A stretch of 40,579 nt of DNA from positions 1-40,579 of the forward strand of contig JANNAJ010000346.1 of the NCBI GenBank assembly GCA_031384285.1, given 5' to 3'. Position 1 is the stretch's first letter; each line of letters opens with the position of its first letter. This document shows, in pieces, positions 7,455-15,956 of this stretch. A model generated the notes under the pieces. The model made no database searches. It was given only the letters and a program-made list of their open reading frames with translations, and was not told where the DNA came from. Source of the DNA: Verrucomicrobiota bacterium (lineage in GTDB: Bacteria > Verrucomicrobiota > Verrucomicrobiia > Limisphaerales > UBA9464). Made by a program: the position numbers and the translations under genes.

Positions 7455-9173
7455 TCAGACCGGCTCCGCGATCAGGTCGTAATCGGTGTGGCCGACGATC
7501 TTCACCTGCGCGAACTGGCCGACCGGCAGCTTGCCGCGGATGTACACCCGGCCATCGATGTCGGGAGCGTCGGCCTCGCCGCGGGCGACGAGGTGCTTCC
7601 GTGTGCCCAGCTTCGCATCGGCGGCCGCGCCGTCGCGCATCAGGCCGTGCTCCCACGACTGCACGCGCGCCGCCTCGATCTGCTTGGCCGTGGCCTCGCC
7701 CTCGACCAGCACCTTGAGCGTGCGCCCGACGAAGGATTCCGCGACCGCCACCGCGACCTCGTGCTGCGCCGCCATCGCCTGCCCGCGGCGTTTCTGGCGC
7801 TGCTTGGGCGTGAGCTGCCCCGCCATCTTGCCCGCGATGGTGCCGTCCTCCTGCGAGTAGGCGAACACGCCGAGCCGCTCGAACCTCGTGTCGCGGATGA
7901 AATCCAGCAGCGTCCGCAGATGCGCCTCGGTCTCGCCGGGGAAACCGACGATGAAGGTCGTCCGCAAGGCGATCCCGGGGACGCCGGCGCGGATCTTCGC
8001 GATCAGTTCGCGGATGTAATCGCCGGTCGTCTCGCGGCGCATGCGGGCCAGCAGGTCGTCGTGGACGTGCTGGAGCGGCATGTCCACGTAGCGCGCCACC
8101 TTCGGGCAATCGGCGATGGTGCGGATGAGCTCGTCGGTCCAGTGGGCCGGATGCGTGTAGAGCAGGCGGATCCAGAAATCGCCCTTGATCGCGTCCAGCT
8201 CGCGCAACAAGGAGCTGAGCGTGGTCGCGTCCGCCGCCAGCGCCTTGGTCGCCGCCGTGAACTTCTCCGGCGACGCGATGGCGCGGGAATGTCCCGGGCG
8301 CAGGTCGAGGCCGTAGTAGGTGGAGTCCTGCGAGATCAGGTTCAGCTCCTTCACGCCGTCCTTGATCAGCGCCCTGGCCTCGGCGACGACATCGGCCTGG
8401 GTGCGGCTGCGGTGCGAGCCGCGCATCCGCGGGATGATGCAGAAGCTGCACGGATGGTTGCAGCCCTCCGCGATCTTCACGTAGGCGAAATGTTTCGGCG
8501 TCAGACGGAACCGCGGCGTCTCGAACTGCGGGATGTACAGCGGACGCGACGTGACATCGACGACGGGCTTGGCCGGCGCCGCCTTGGCCGCGACGACCTT
8601 CTTGGTCTTGCCGGGTTTCCCGCCCGCTCCGGACGACGGACCGTGGTCATCGCCGTGGTCGTGGTCGTGCGGCTCCTTCGCCCCGTCGAGCTCGGCGAGC
8701 TTGGCCTTGAGCGCGGCCTTGGCGGCGGACGTGACGGCCTTGGGATCCTGGACCTTGAGCGCCCGGCTCGCGATCGCTTGCTCGACCAGCTGACCGACCT
8801 GCTCGACCTGGTCGATGCCCATGAAGACATCCACCTCGGGCATGAGCTTGGGCAGCTCCTCGCGGAACCGCTGGGGCATGCAGCCGGAGACGATCACCGC
8901 CTGGCCGGGCCGCGTCTTCTCGCGGAACTCGGTCGACTCGAAGATGGTGTCGACGCTCTCCTCCTGCGCCGCGTCGATGAAGGAGCAGGTGTTGACGATG
9001 ACGGCATCCGCCTCGGCCGGGTCGTTGACGATCTCGACGCCGCCCTTGAGCAACGACCCGAGCATGATCTCGGCATCGACGAGGTTCTTGGCGCAACCGA
9101 GCGAGATGAGCCCCACGGTGCGGGGTCGGGTCGGCGTGGCGGGCGCGGCGGGGACGGGTTTCTTCGCGGTCAC
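7455..9173 (-). CDS. rimO: ribosomal protein S12 methylthiotransferase RimO, with a long internal insertion
   Basis: 572-aa track ORF. It has the MTTase N-terminal domain (GLISLGCAKNLVDAE...NTCSF...SGCM), the radical-SAM CNHPCSFC motif and a C-terminal TRAM-like region. An extra Lys/Ala- and His/Asp-rich segment lies between the first two domains. Confidence 0.9.
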   Translation of the reverse strand: MTAKKPVPAAPATPTRPRTVGLISLGCAKNLVDAEIMLGSLLKGGVEIVNDPAEADAVIVNTCSFIDAAQEESVDTIFESTEFREKTRPGQAVIVSGCMPQRFREELPKLMPEVDVFMGIDQVEQVGQLVEQAIASRALKVQDPKAVTSAAKAALKAKLAELDGAKEPHDHDHGDDHGPSSGAGGKPGKTKKVVAAKAAPAKPVVDVTSRPLYIPQFETPRFRLTPKHFAYVKIAEGCNHPCSFCIIPRMRGSHRSRTQADVVAEARALIKDGVKELNLISQDSTYYGLDLRPGHSRAIASPEKFTAATKALAADATTLSSLLRELDAIKGDFWIRLLYTHPAHWTDELIRTIADCPKVARYVDMPLQHVHDDLLARMRRETTGDYIRELIAKIRAGVPGIALRTTFIVGFPGETEAHLRTLLDFIRDTRFERLGVFAYSQEDGTIAGKMAGQLTPKQRQKRRGQAMAAQHEVAVAVAESFVGRTLKVLVEGEATAKQIEAARVQSWEHGLMRDGAAADAKLGTRKHLVARGEADAPDIDGRVYIRGKLPVGQFAQVKIVGHTDYDLIAEPV

Positions 9174-9326
9174 AGGACGGGCACGCTAGCGGATCGGCGG
9201 CCCGCCGCGCAACGACGGCGAAACTTCGGCGAGCCGGCCGGAGGGCCCATGCGGATCGGTCCGACCCGGGCCCGGTCAGAATCGCGTTGTCCCGTCCCCG
9301 GCGCATCGGCACGCTCCGCGCCTCGT

Positions 9327-10655
9327 ATGCAACAGGTCACATTCGGCCTCATCGGAGGCGGCACGGTCGGCGGCGGCGTCCACCAGGCTCTGCAGCGCAA
9401 CGGCGCGCTCATGGCCTCGCGGCTCGGCATCGGATTGACCGTCGCCAAGGTCGCCGTCCGCGACCTCACGAAGGCCCGCGCCGCCGCGATCCCCGCCGGT
9501 CTGCTGACCGACGATTGGCGCGGCGTCGTCCAGGACCCCGCGGTGCAGGTGATCGTCGAGCTGATGGGCGGGACGACCACCGCCAAAGACGTCGTGCTCG
9601 CCGCGCTGCGCTTGGGCAAACCGGTGGTGACCGCGAACAAGGCCCTGCTCTCCACGCACGGGCCGGAGCTCTTCGCCGCCGCGGCCAAGCATGGGGCGAA
9701 CCTGTACTACGAGGCGTCGGTCGCCGGCGGCATCCCGGTCATCAAGGTCCTGCGCGAATCGCTCGTCGGGAACCGGCTGATCTCCGTGCACGGCATCGTC
9801 AACGGCACCTGCAACTACATCCTCACCCGGATGAAGCTGGAAGGCGCGGAGTTCGCGGACGTCCTCGCCGAAGCCCAGCGCCTTGGATACGCCGAGGCCG
9901 AGCCCTCGCTCGACGTCGACGGCCACGACGCGGCCCACAAGACGGGCATCCTCGCCTCGCTGGCGCACGGCTTCTGGGTCAAGCCCGGCCAGATCCACAC
10001 GGAAGGCATCCGCGGCATAAGCAAGCTGGACATCCAGTTCGCCGCGAGGCTCGGCTACACCATCAAGCTGCTCGGCGTGGTCAAGCAGGTCCCGTCCGCG
10101 AAACGCGGTCGTCCCGGCCCATGCCCGCCGATCCAGGTCGCCGTGTATCCCGCGCTGGTGCCGGACAGCCATGTGCTCGCCTCGGTGAACCACGCGTTCA
10201 ACGCCATCTCCGTCCGCGGCGATGTCGTGGGCGACACGCTCTTCTACGGCCGCGGCGCCGGCGCCGAGCCGACCGCGAGCGCCGTCCTCAGCGACCTCGC
10301 CGACGCCGCGCTCGACCTCAAGCACGGTTCGCACAACCGCGTCCCCTGCTTCGTCGCCCATTCCGGCGACGGCTGCGTGGTGCCGATGGACGACGTGGTC
10401 TCCCGCTACTACGTGCGCCTATCGGTCGTGGACCGGCCCGGCGTCTTCGCCCGCATCGCCAACCTCCTCGCCAAGGCCCGCATCGGCATCTCGTCGATCA
10501 TCCAGCCCGAAGGCCACGCCGGCGAGACCGTGCCGGTGATACTGATGATCCACGACGCCCCCAACGCCGCGATGAAGCGCGCCCTCGCCCAGATCGCGAA
10601 GCTCAGCGCCGTGAAGGACGCGCCGGTGATGATCCGGGTCGAGCCGTTCGAGTGA
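9327..10655 (+). CDS. hom: homoserine dehydrogenase with C-terminal ACT domain
   Basis: ATG at 9327 in frame in track ORF 7431..10655. FGLIGGGTVGGGV is a Rossmann motif. YYEASVAGGIPVI, NGTCNYILTRM and DVDGHDAAHK are homoserine dehydrogenase motifs. The ACT-like tail is YYVRLSVVDRPGVFARI. Confidence 0.95.
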   Translation: MQQVTFGLIGGGTVGGGVHQALQRNGALMASRLGIGLTVAKVAVRDLTKARAAAIPAGLLTDDWRGVVQDPAVQVIVELMGGTTTAKDVVLAALRLGKPVVTANKALLSTHGPELFAAAAKHGANLYYEASVAGGIPVIKVLRESLVGNRLISVHGIVNGTCNYILTRMKLEGAEFADVLAEAQRLGYAEAEPSLDVDGHDAAHKTGILASLAHGFWVKPGQIHTEGIRGISKLDIQFAARLGYTIKLLGVVKQVPSAKRGRPGPCPPIQVAVYPALVPDSHVLASVNHAFNAISVRGDVVGDTLFYGRGAGAEPTASAVLSDLADAALDLKHGSHNRVPCFVAHSGDGCVVPMDDVVSRYYVRLSVVDRPGVFARIANLLAKARIGISSIIQPEGHAGETVPVILMIHDAPNAAMKRALAQIAKLSAVKDAPVMIRVEPFE

Positions 10656-10687
10656 ACCGCGGCCTCAAGGGGGCGGAGACGGAAGAA

Positions 10688-10706
10688 GACCGCGCCGCCC
10701 GCGGTC
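10688..10706. terminator. GC-rich hairpin between convergent hom and kinase genes (candidate bidirectional terminator)
   Basis: GACCGCG-ccgcc-CGCGGTC, a 7-bp perfect stem. On the minus strand it is followed by TTCTTCC. There is no strong U-tract. Confidence 0.3.
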
Positions 10707-10778
10707 AGCGCGGTGATGGCCATGTTCGCCAAGGCACGGTCGTCGATCGCGCCCACCGTGAGCTTTTCGACGGCCGCT

Positions 10779-13700
10779 TCATTCTGTGGTGACCGCCACG
10801 AGGAACGGCAGCCTCCCCTGCCCCTCCGTCTCCAGCGTCAGCGAGACCACCGGGACGTCCGGCCTCGGATTGTCCCAGGCCAGGTGGAACAGGCCGATGC
10901 CCATGCCGAGCTCCTGCACGACCGGATTCCTACCGGTCCAGACCGGTGCCGGCGTCGCCGGAACTTTCGGATCGATCCACCAATCCCGGATGTTCTCGCC
11001 ATGCCGGAGCAGCACCACCTCGGTCGTGCCGTCGGCATAGCGCACCGTGTACCGGCCGATCTCCCCGAGCAGCGGACCGTCCCAAGCGCTCGCGTGGAGG
11101 AAATGGAGCCGCCGGCAGACGCGGTTCACCGGGAGCCCTTCGACGCGACGCGGAAGGGCCGGCAGCATCTGGCCGCCCAACTGGATGACGCCGCGGACCT
11201 CGAAGCGGATGTCGCCGACGACGAGGGGGCCCGGCACCAGGCCATCGAGCTGGTTGCGGAGCCCTCCGGAGGAGAAGTTCGCGAGCGTATGGGTGAGATA
11301 TCCGGACAGTTCCAGCGGCCCGGTCCGGTCCGTGACAGACGGCGCTGCCGCTTCCTTCAGCGGAGCAAACGTCACCTTCCCGGCGACCGGCGCCGCTTGG
11401 ACCAGCGGGGCGGACCAGTCGAGACCCATCCCGCGCAGACCGGACCGCACCTCGGCGAGGTCCCAGAGCACGACGGTGTGGTTGCCGGTCGCGACCGCGA
11501 GATGCCGGCCGTCCGGGCTGAAGCGCAACGCCGTCACTTCACCGCGCTCTGAGCTTTCGAGCCGGCACCACACCGTGCCGCTGTCGCCGTCCATCAGCAC
11601 CACCTGCTGCGCATCCATCGCGGCGGCGAGGGACCGTCCGTCCGGGGCGATCGCAAGCGGGCCGGACGACGTCGCGGACCCGGGTCGCGGCACCGTCCAA
11701 CGCGGTGGCCCGCCGGCCGAGGGCTCGCGGCGCAGTTCGGTCGCGGTGGACACCACCAGGTCGGCCCCGTCGGCAAGGAATATCCCGTGGCCTTTGGGAC
11801 CGGTCACGATGCGCCGTACGAGCCGGGCCTCCGGAGCGGACAACAGCAGCAGCTCCGCGGCATGATAATCACCGGCCAACAACCAGCGCCCGTCGGGGCT
11901 GGCCCGCAGGCGGGTGGTGTCATCCGGGAGTCCACCCACGGCACGCACGCCGGTGGACGAGATCCGGAACAGCTCGCGCCCCTGCGCGCTGAGCGCTTCG
12001 TCGATCGTCACCGCCGCCAGCGGAAGTTCCCGGCCGACCGCGCCCGCGGGCCGCGCGTCGCCCACCGACAGCCGGCGGGCGGCCGGGTCCCAACGCAACG
12101 CGACACGCACGACCGCTTCGGCGGTGCTGGCCCACAACACCTCGCCACCGGGATCCGTCTCCAGCCAACGGGTCCAACCCAGAGGGAGCAGGAGCGGTTC
12201 GCCTCCGGCCACCGGCCACAACCGGATGCCATCGTAGCTGGCAACGGCCAGGACATCGCCTCCCGCCAGGAAGGCGATATCCCAAGTGCCCTTGTTCGAG
12301 GCCAGCGCGCGCGGCGGAACCGGTTCGGACAACACCCGCACGCCATCCGACAACGCGGACTCCCATTCGATCAGATCGTAACGCCCGTTGCCGTGCTCCA
12401 ATACCCCGCCCAAACGGCCGTCGGACCGCCAGCGGAACTCCGTGGCGGTCCGGTTGATCCGGAGCATCTGCCTTCCCGTCTCCAGTTCCCAAAGCCGCGT
12501 CGTGCCGTCCCAACTCGTGGACAAGGCGAACGGCAGCGTCGGGTGCATCACCCCGCCCACGATCTCCGCCTGATGCCCTTCGAACCGGATGGCCCGCAGA
12601 TCAGCTCCGCCGAGCCGGAACAGGTAGCCGCGGAAATCGTCGCCCGCGAGCAACAGGCCGCCGCTGTCCGGCGTCCAGAGCAGCCCGTACGGGCAGACCG
12701 GCGGTGGCAACCGCAGGGTCTGGCGCGAACCCCCGTCCGCATCGGACAGCAGCACTTCGCAGCGCGACGGGCTGAAAGAAGCCACCCTCCGGCCATCGGG
12801 GCTGAACCAGAATGCCCCGTCCGCGAAACCGCGGTCGAGGCGCGGTCCCGCCGAGCCGTCCGCCAGCCGCACCAACTGCAGCGCCCCGGACGCAAGTTGG
12901 AGCACGACCGACTCGCCGTCGGGCGTGAGGTCCAGGGCGGATACTCCGGACACGGCGCGTTGGAAGAGGAGGCGGCCGGTGGCCGTGTCCCAGACGTAGG
13001 CCATGTCGGCCCGGAGCGCGCCAACGCGGCGGCCGTCGGCGCTGAACGGCCAGACGAGCAGCCCCTCGGCCCGCGACCCTTCCAACAAGACGATCTCGCG
13101 GTCATCCGAGCACGCGTGGATGCCCACCGAACCGTCGGCCTCCGCACGGGTGTAGCGGTCGAAACCCGCATCCGCCGTGCACCATCGCCCGGGCGGCCCG
13201 GCGATCCGAGACCGGCGGCGCTCGCGCAGGTCCGGCAGTGCGCGGGCGGCGATGGCCTCGGTGCGAAGTTCGGCGAGGTTGGTGGAGACGGCGACCGCCT
13301 CGCGGATGAGCTCCAGGACGTGGAAGCGTTGCCCCGGGAGGCCAGAGCGCCTTTCCAATCCGGCCTGCGCGAGCTGCGCTTCGGACAACCGTTGACGGGC
13401 CACCTGCTCGGCTCGCTCCGCCCGCTGCCGCAGCCCATCGGCCTTCGCCGCGTTCGCCAGCTCCAGACGCGCGCGATAGGCGGCGGACAGACCGAAGGCG
13501 CCCAACAAGAGCATCGCCGACACCGCGACCATCCCGGTCCGCCGCAGCGTCCGCAACCGGCGTTCCAGCTTCCGGGCCCGCCGGACCGATTGACCGCTCT
13601 GGAGAAGGGCCAGGTCCGCTTGGAGCTCGGCTGCCGTGCGATAACGACGACTGAGATCGCTGTCGCAGGCCCGCAGCACCACCTCGTGGAGTTCCAGCGC

Positions 13701-14492
13701 GTCGTGCGGCACGACACCGGTCAACCAATCCGGCGGCGGGTTGGGGAACTCATCCGGAGGCAGCCCGGTCACCGCCTCGTAGAGCACCTTGCCGAGCGCG
13801 AAAAGATCGGCGGCCGGCGCCCCCGGCCCCTCCGGCGGGATGTAGCCTTCGGTGCCGACGAAGGTCCGCGACTCGCTGATATCGCCCACCAACCCGAGGT
13901 CGGCGAGCTTCGCCCGACCACGGACGAACACGATGTTGGCCGGTTTGACATCGCGATGGACCAGCCCGTTCCGATGGAGATGCGCCAATCCAGCCGTCAA
14001 CGCCAACCCGACCCCGATGACCTCATCCGCCGGTAGCCGCCCGCGCCGCTCGAGTTCCGAGCGGAGGGTGCGCGGCGCGTAGCGGTCCGGATCCAAAGCC
14101 GCCCCGACGGGGTCGGGTTCCTGGACTTCGCAGTCACCCCGCGCGGTAGCACCATCCACCATCGGGCCCGCGATCACACCCCCGACAGGGTCGGCGAGCT
14201 CCATCACGTAGTAGAAACAACCGGCCGCCGGATCCCTTCCGACATGCAGGACGGGGACGAGCCCTTCGGCACCGCGGGAGATCGGCTCGTAGCGGCGGAT
14301 CCCGTTGAACTCACGGTCGAACGGCCGTTCCGACAAGAACCGGTCCCGGCGGACGACCTTCACCGCCCGCCAGGCCCCCATGACGTTCCGGGCCAGCCAG
14401 ACCTCGCCGTAGCTACCCCGACCGACCCGTCTCGACAGCACGTGGTCGGGAACGTCCACGACCGGACCCTCGTTGGAAGTCGGATCTCTCAA
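10779..14492 (-). CDS. transmembrane Ser/Thr protein kinase with extracytoplasmic WD40/beta-propeller repeats and an uncharacterised C-terminal domain
   Basis: 1237-aa track ORF. Kinase motifs are GRGSYGEVW, AVK, HRDVKPANIV, a DLG in place of DFG (KLADLGLV), and TEGYIPPE. One TM helix (GMVAVSAMLLLGAFGLSAAY) and a coiled coil follow, then many SPDG/WD-type repeats ([45 protein letters not shown]). The track start at 14492 is TTG. A GTG at 14459 preceded by GAGGG is an alternative start. Confidence 0.9.
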   Translation of the reverse strand: MRDPTSNEGPVVDVPDHVLSRRVGRGSYGEVWLARNVMGAWRAVKVVRRDRFLSERPFDREFNGIRRYEPISRGAEGLVPVLHVGRDPAAGCFYYVMELADPVGGVIAGPMVDGATARGDCEVQEPDPVGAALDPDRYAPRTLRSELERRGRLPADEVIGVGLALTAGLAHLHRNGLVHRDVKPANIVFVRGRAKLADLGLVGDISESRTFVGTEGYIPPEGPGAPAADLFALGKVLYEAVTGLPPDEFPNPPPDWLTGVVPHDALELHEVVLRACDSDLSRRYRTAAELQADLALLQSGQSVRRARKLERRLRTLRRTGMVAVSAMLLLGAFGLSAAYRARLELANAAKADGLRQRAERAEQVARQRLSEAQLAQAGLERRSGLPGQRFHVLELIREAVAVSTNLAELRTEAIAARALPDLRERRRSRIAGPPGRWCTADAGFDRYTRAEADGSVGIHACSDDREIVLLEGSRAEGLLVWPFSADGRRVGALRADMAYVWDTATGRLLFQRAVSGVSALDLTPDGESVVLQLASGALQLVRLADGSAGPRLDRGFADGAFWFSPDGRRVASFSPSRCEVLLSDADGGSRQTLRLPPPVCPYGLLWTPDSGGLLLAGDDFRGYLFRLGGADLRAIRFEGHQAEIVGGVMHPTLPFALSTSWDGTTRLWELETGRQMLRINRTATEFRWRSDGRLGGVLEHGNGRYDLIEWESALSDGVRVLSEPVPPRALASNKGTWDIAFLAGGDVLAVASYDGIRLWPVAGGEPLLLPLGWTRWLETDPGGEVLWASTAEAVVRVALRWDPAARRLSVGDARPAGAVGRELPLAAVTIDEALSAQGRELFRISSTGVRAVGGLPDDTTRLRASPDGRWLLAGDYHAAELLLLSAPEARLVRRIVTGPKGHGIFLADGADLVVSTATELRREPSAGGPPRWTVPRPGSATSSGPLAIAPDGRSLAAAMDAQQVVLMDGDSGTVWCRLESSERGEVTALRFSPDGRHLAVATGNHTVVLWDLAEVRSGLRGMGLDWSAPLVQAAPVAGKVTFAPLKEAAAPSVTDRTGPLELSGYLTHTLANFSSGGLRNQLDGLVPGPLVVGDIRFEVRGVIQLGGQMLPALPRRVEGLPVNRVCRRLHFLHASAWDGPLLGEIGRYTVRYADGTTEVVLLRHGENIRDWWIDPKVPATPAPVWTGRNPVVQELGMGIGLFHLAWDNPRPDVPVVSLTLETEGQGRLPFLVAVTTE

Positions 14493-14535
14493 GCAGCAGA
14501 TTCTTGGAAGTTGCCGTCAAAACTGTTGCCGGGAA

Positions 14536-15171
14536 CTAGAAATCCCCTTCTTCCGACCGAAGTTTGGCGACCTCCGCCTTCACCAGACGACCGACCCGAT
14601 GCCGGGCAAGATAGATCTGGGCAACGTTGGCATCATAACGCTCACGGATGGTCGCCATGGGCACCTGCCTGATCACGGTCAGGCTGAACAGGAGGAACTG
14701 CCGGGGGCTCACCTTGGTCTGGACACGCCGCAAGGCCGCATCGAGCAGGTTGCGCTCCCACTCGGTCTGCCACAGGGCGTCGAACTCCGGAGGTGCCTCC
14801 ATGGCGAGGTCCTCTCCGGGCCCGTCCACTTCGCCATTCCAAGCCGCATCCGCCGAGGGATTGCGCCGGGCCTTCCGCCAATGGCGCGACAAACGCCCTC
14901 GGATGACCGTGTGGAGCCAAGCCTTGAACGATCCCCGGTCGGGATCATAGCGGAACCCAGGCATCTGCTGGGCGACCACCACCATCGTCTCCTGCACCAC
15001 GTCCTGGGCTTCGGCATCGCCCAACCCGGCCCTTCGGGCCACAGCGTAGATCAACCGCCAATAGGTCTCGAAGAATTCCTGCCAACCGTCCTGGTCGCCC
15101 AGGTCCTTGAGCCGGCTCAACAGGCTTTGCCTGGTCGCGAACGGATCGTCGGATGGATGAGGAGTCGTCAT
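14536..15171 (-). CDS. ECF-type RNA polymerase sigma-70 family factor (kinase-associated type)
   Basis: Track ORF 14536..15300. ATG at 15171 (alternative at 15204). Region 2 is WQEFFETYWRLIYAVARRAGLGDAEAQDVVQETM...FKAWLHTVIRGRL. Region 4 is PMATIRERYDANVAQIYLARHRVGRLV. It lies directly upstream of the kinase, with a 43-nt gap. Confidence 0.85.
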   Translation of the reverse strand: MTTPHPSDDPFATRQSLLSRLKDLGDQDGWQEFFETYWRLIYAVARRAGLGDAEAQDVVQETMVVVAQQMPGFRYDPDRGSFKAWLHTVIRGRLSRHWRKARRNPSADAAWNGEVDGPGEDLAMEAPPEFDALWQTEWERNLLDAALRRVQTKVSPRQFLLFSLTVIRQVPMATIRERYDANVAQIYLARHRVGRLVKAEVAKLRSEEGDF

Positions 15172-15340
15172 GGTCTGCGGATGGATAGTCCTCCTGACGG
15201 CCATATCTTTCAGTCGACCGGAGAAATCGGTCTCCTCGCCCACCCGCGTCCGCCTCGTTGATAACCCGGGGCTCTCGGGGGACTTGCCTCCAGATGCCAC
15301 CCGCTTCCGTGGTCACCGGATCCCGTGCTGACCGGCTCCA

Positions 15341-15376
15341 AGAAAAAGGCGTCCCAGCATGAGCCGGGACGCCTTC
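15341..15376 (-). terminator. rho-independent terminator after rplQ
   Basis: On the minus strand, AAGGCGTCCC-(10-nt loop)-GGGACGCCTT forms a perfect 10-bp stem and is followed by TTTTCTT. It lies 32 nt downstream of the rplQ stop. Confidence 0.8.
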
Positions 15377-15407
15377 TCTGACACGAGCCGGATGGGCCCG
15401 CAAAGAC

Positions 15408-15950
15408 TTACTTGGACGCTTCAGTCGTCGCGACCACAGGTGCGGCATCGGTGGTCGGTTGCTCGACCCACTCGAGGATGGCCATGTGGGCGACGTCGCC
15501 GCGGCGTTGGCCGAGCTTGACGATGCGGGTGTAGCCGCCGGAGCGCTCCTTGAAGAGCGGAGCGATCTTGTCGAACAAGATGTGGACGACGTCCTCGTTC
15601 TCACGGAACAGCTCGCGTGCGACCTTGCCCGGGAACTTCTTGGTCCCCTTGAACTGGGTGCGCGGCTGCTGCCGAAGTTTGGCGGCGGCGAGACGACGGT
15701 AATGGACGTTCTGGGCGGTCGCCAAGGCCTTCTGTTTGTCGTCGCCAGCGGCGGCGACGGAGGCGATGGCGACCTGGGCATGCTTGCCCAAGGTGAGCAG
15801 CTTCTCGGCGACCGGGCGGGCCGCTTTGGCTTTCGCAAGCGTCGTGGTGATACGCTTATGCTTGATGAGGCTGCAAATCATGTTGGCCAACATCGCGTTG
15901 CGATGTGAGCCGGTGCGGCCGAGTTTGGCGGTGCGACGAAGGTGGCGCAT
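15408..15950 (-). CDS. rplQ: 50S ribosomal protein L17 (extended, 180 aa)
   Basis: MRHLRRTAKLGRTGSHRNAMLANM...GGYTRIVKLGQRRGD. It follows rpoA. Confidence 0.95.
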   Translation of the reverse strand: MRHLRRTAKLGRTGSHRNAMLANMICSLIKHKRITTTLAKAKAARPVAEKLLTLGKHAQVAIASVAAAGDDKQKALATAQNVHYRRLAAAKLRQQPRTQFKGTKKFPGKVARELFRENEDVVHILFDKIAPLFKERSGGYTRIVKLGQRRGDVAHMAILEWVEQPTTDAAPVVATTEASK

Positions 15951-15956
15951 GGTACG

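Noticed and set aside
9188-9259. Repeated 9-mer GCGGATCGG (9188-9196 and 9251-9259) and repeated GGCACGCT in the rimO/hom divergent spacer
   Set aside because: These are short GC-rich repeats in a GC-rich spacer with no symmetry or phasing relative to either start codon. This could easily be chance.
7431-9326. N-terminal 632 codons of the 1074-aa plus-strand ORF that ends as hom
   Set aside because: This part is antisense to rimO, which has clear radical-SAM/MTTase motifs, and is junk-like. Real hom begins at the ATG at 9327 with the Rossmann motif.
11787-14036. 749-aa plus-strand ORF, and other plus-strand ORFs, inside the kinase gene
   Set aside because: It is antisense to a minus-strand gene with canonical kinase and WD-repeat motifs. 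The translation is Arg/Pro/Gly/Gln-rich.
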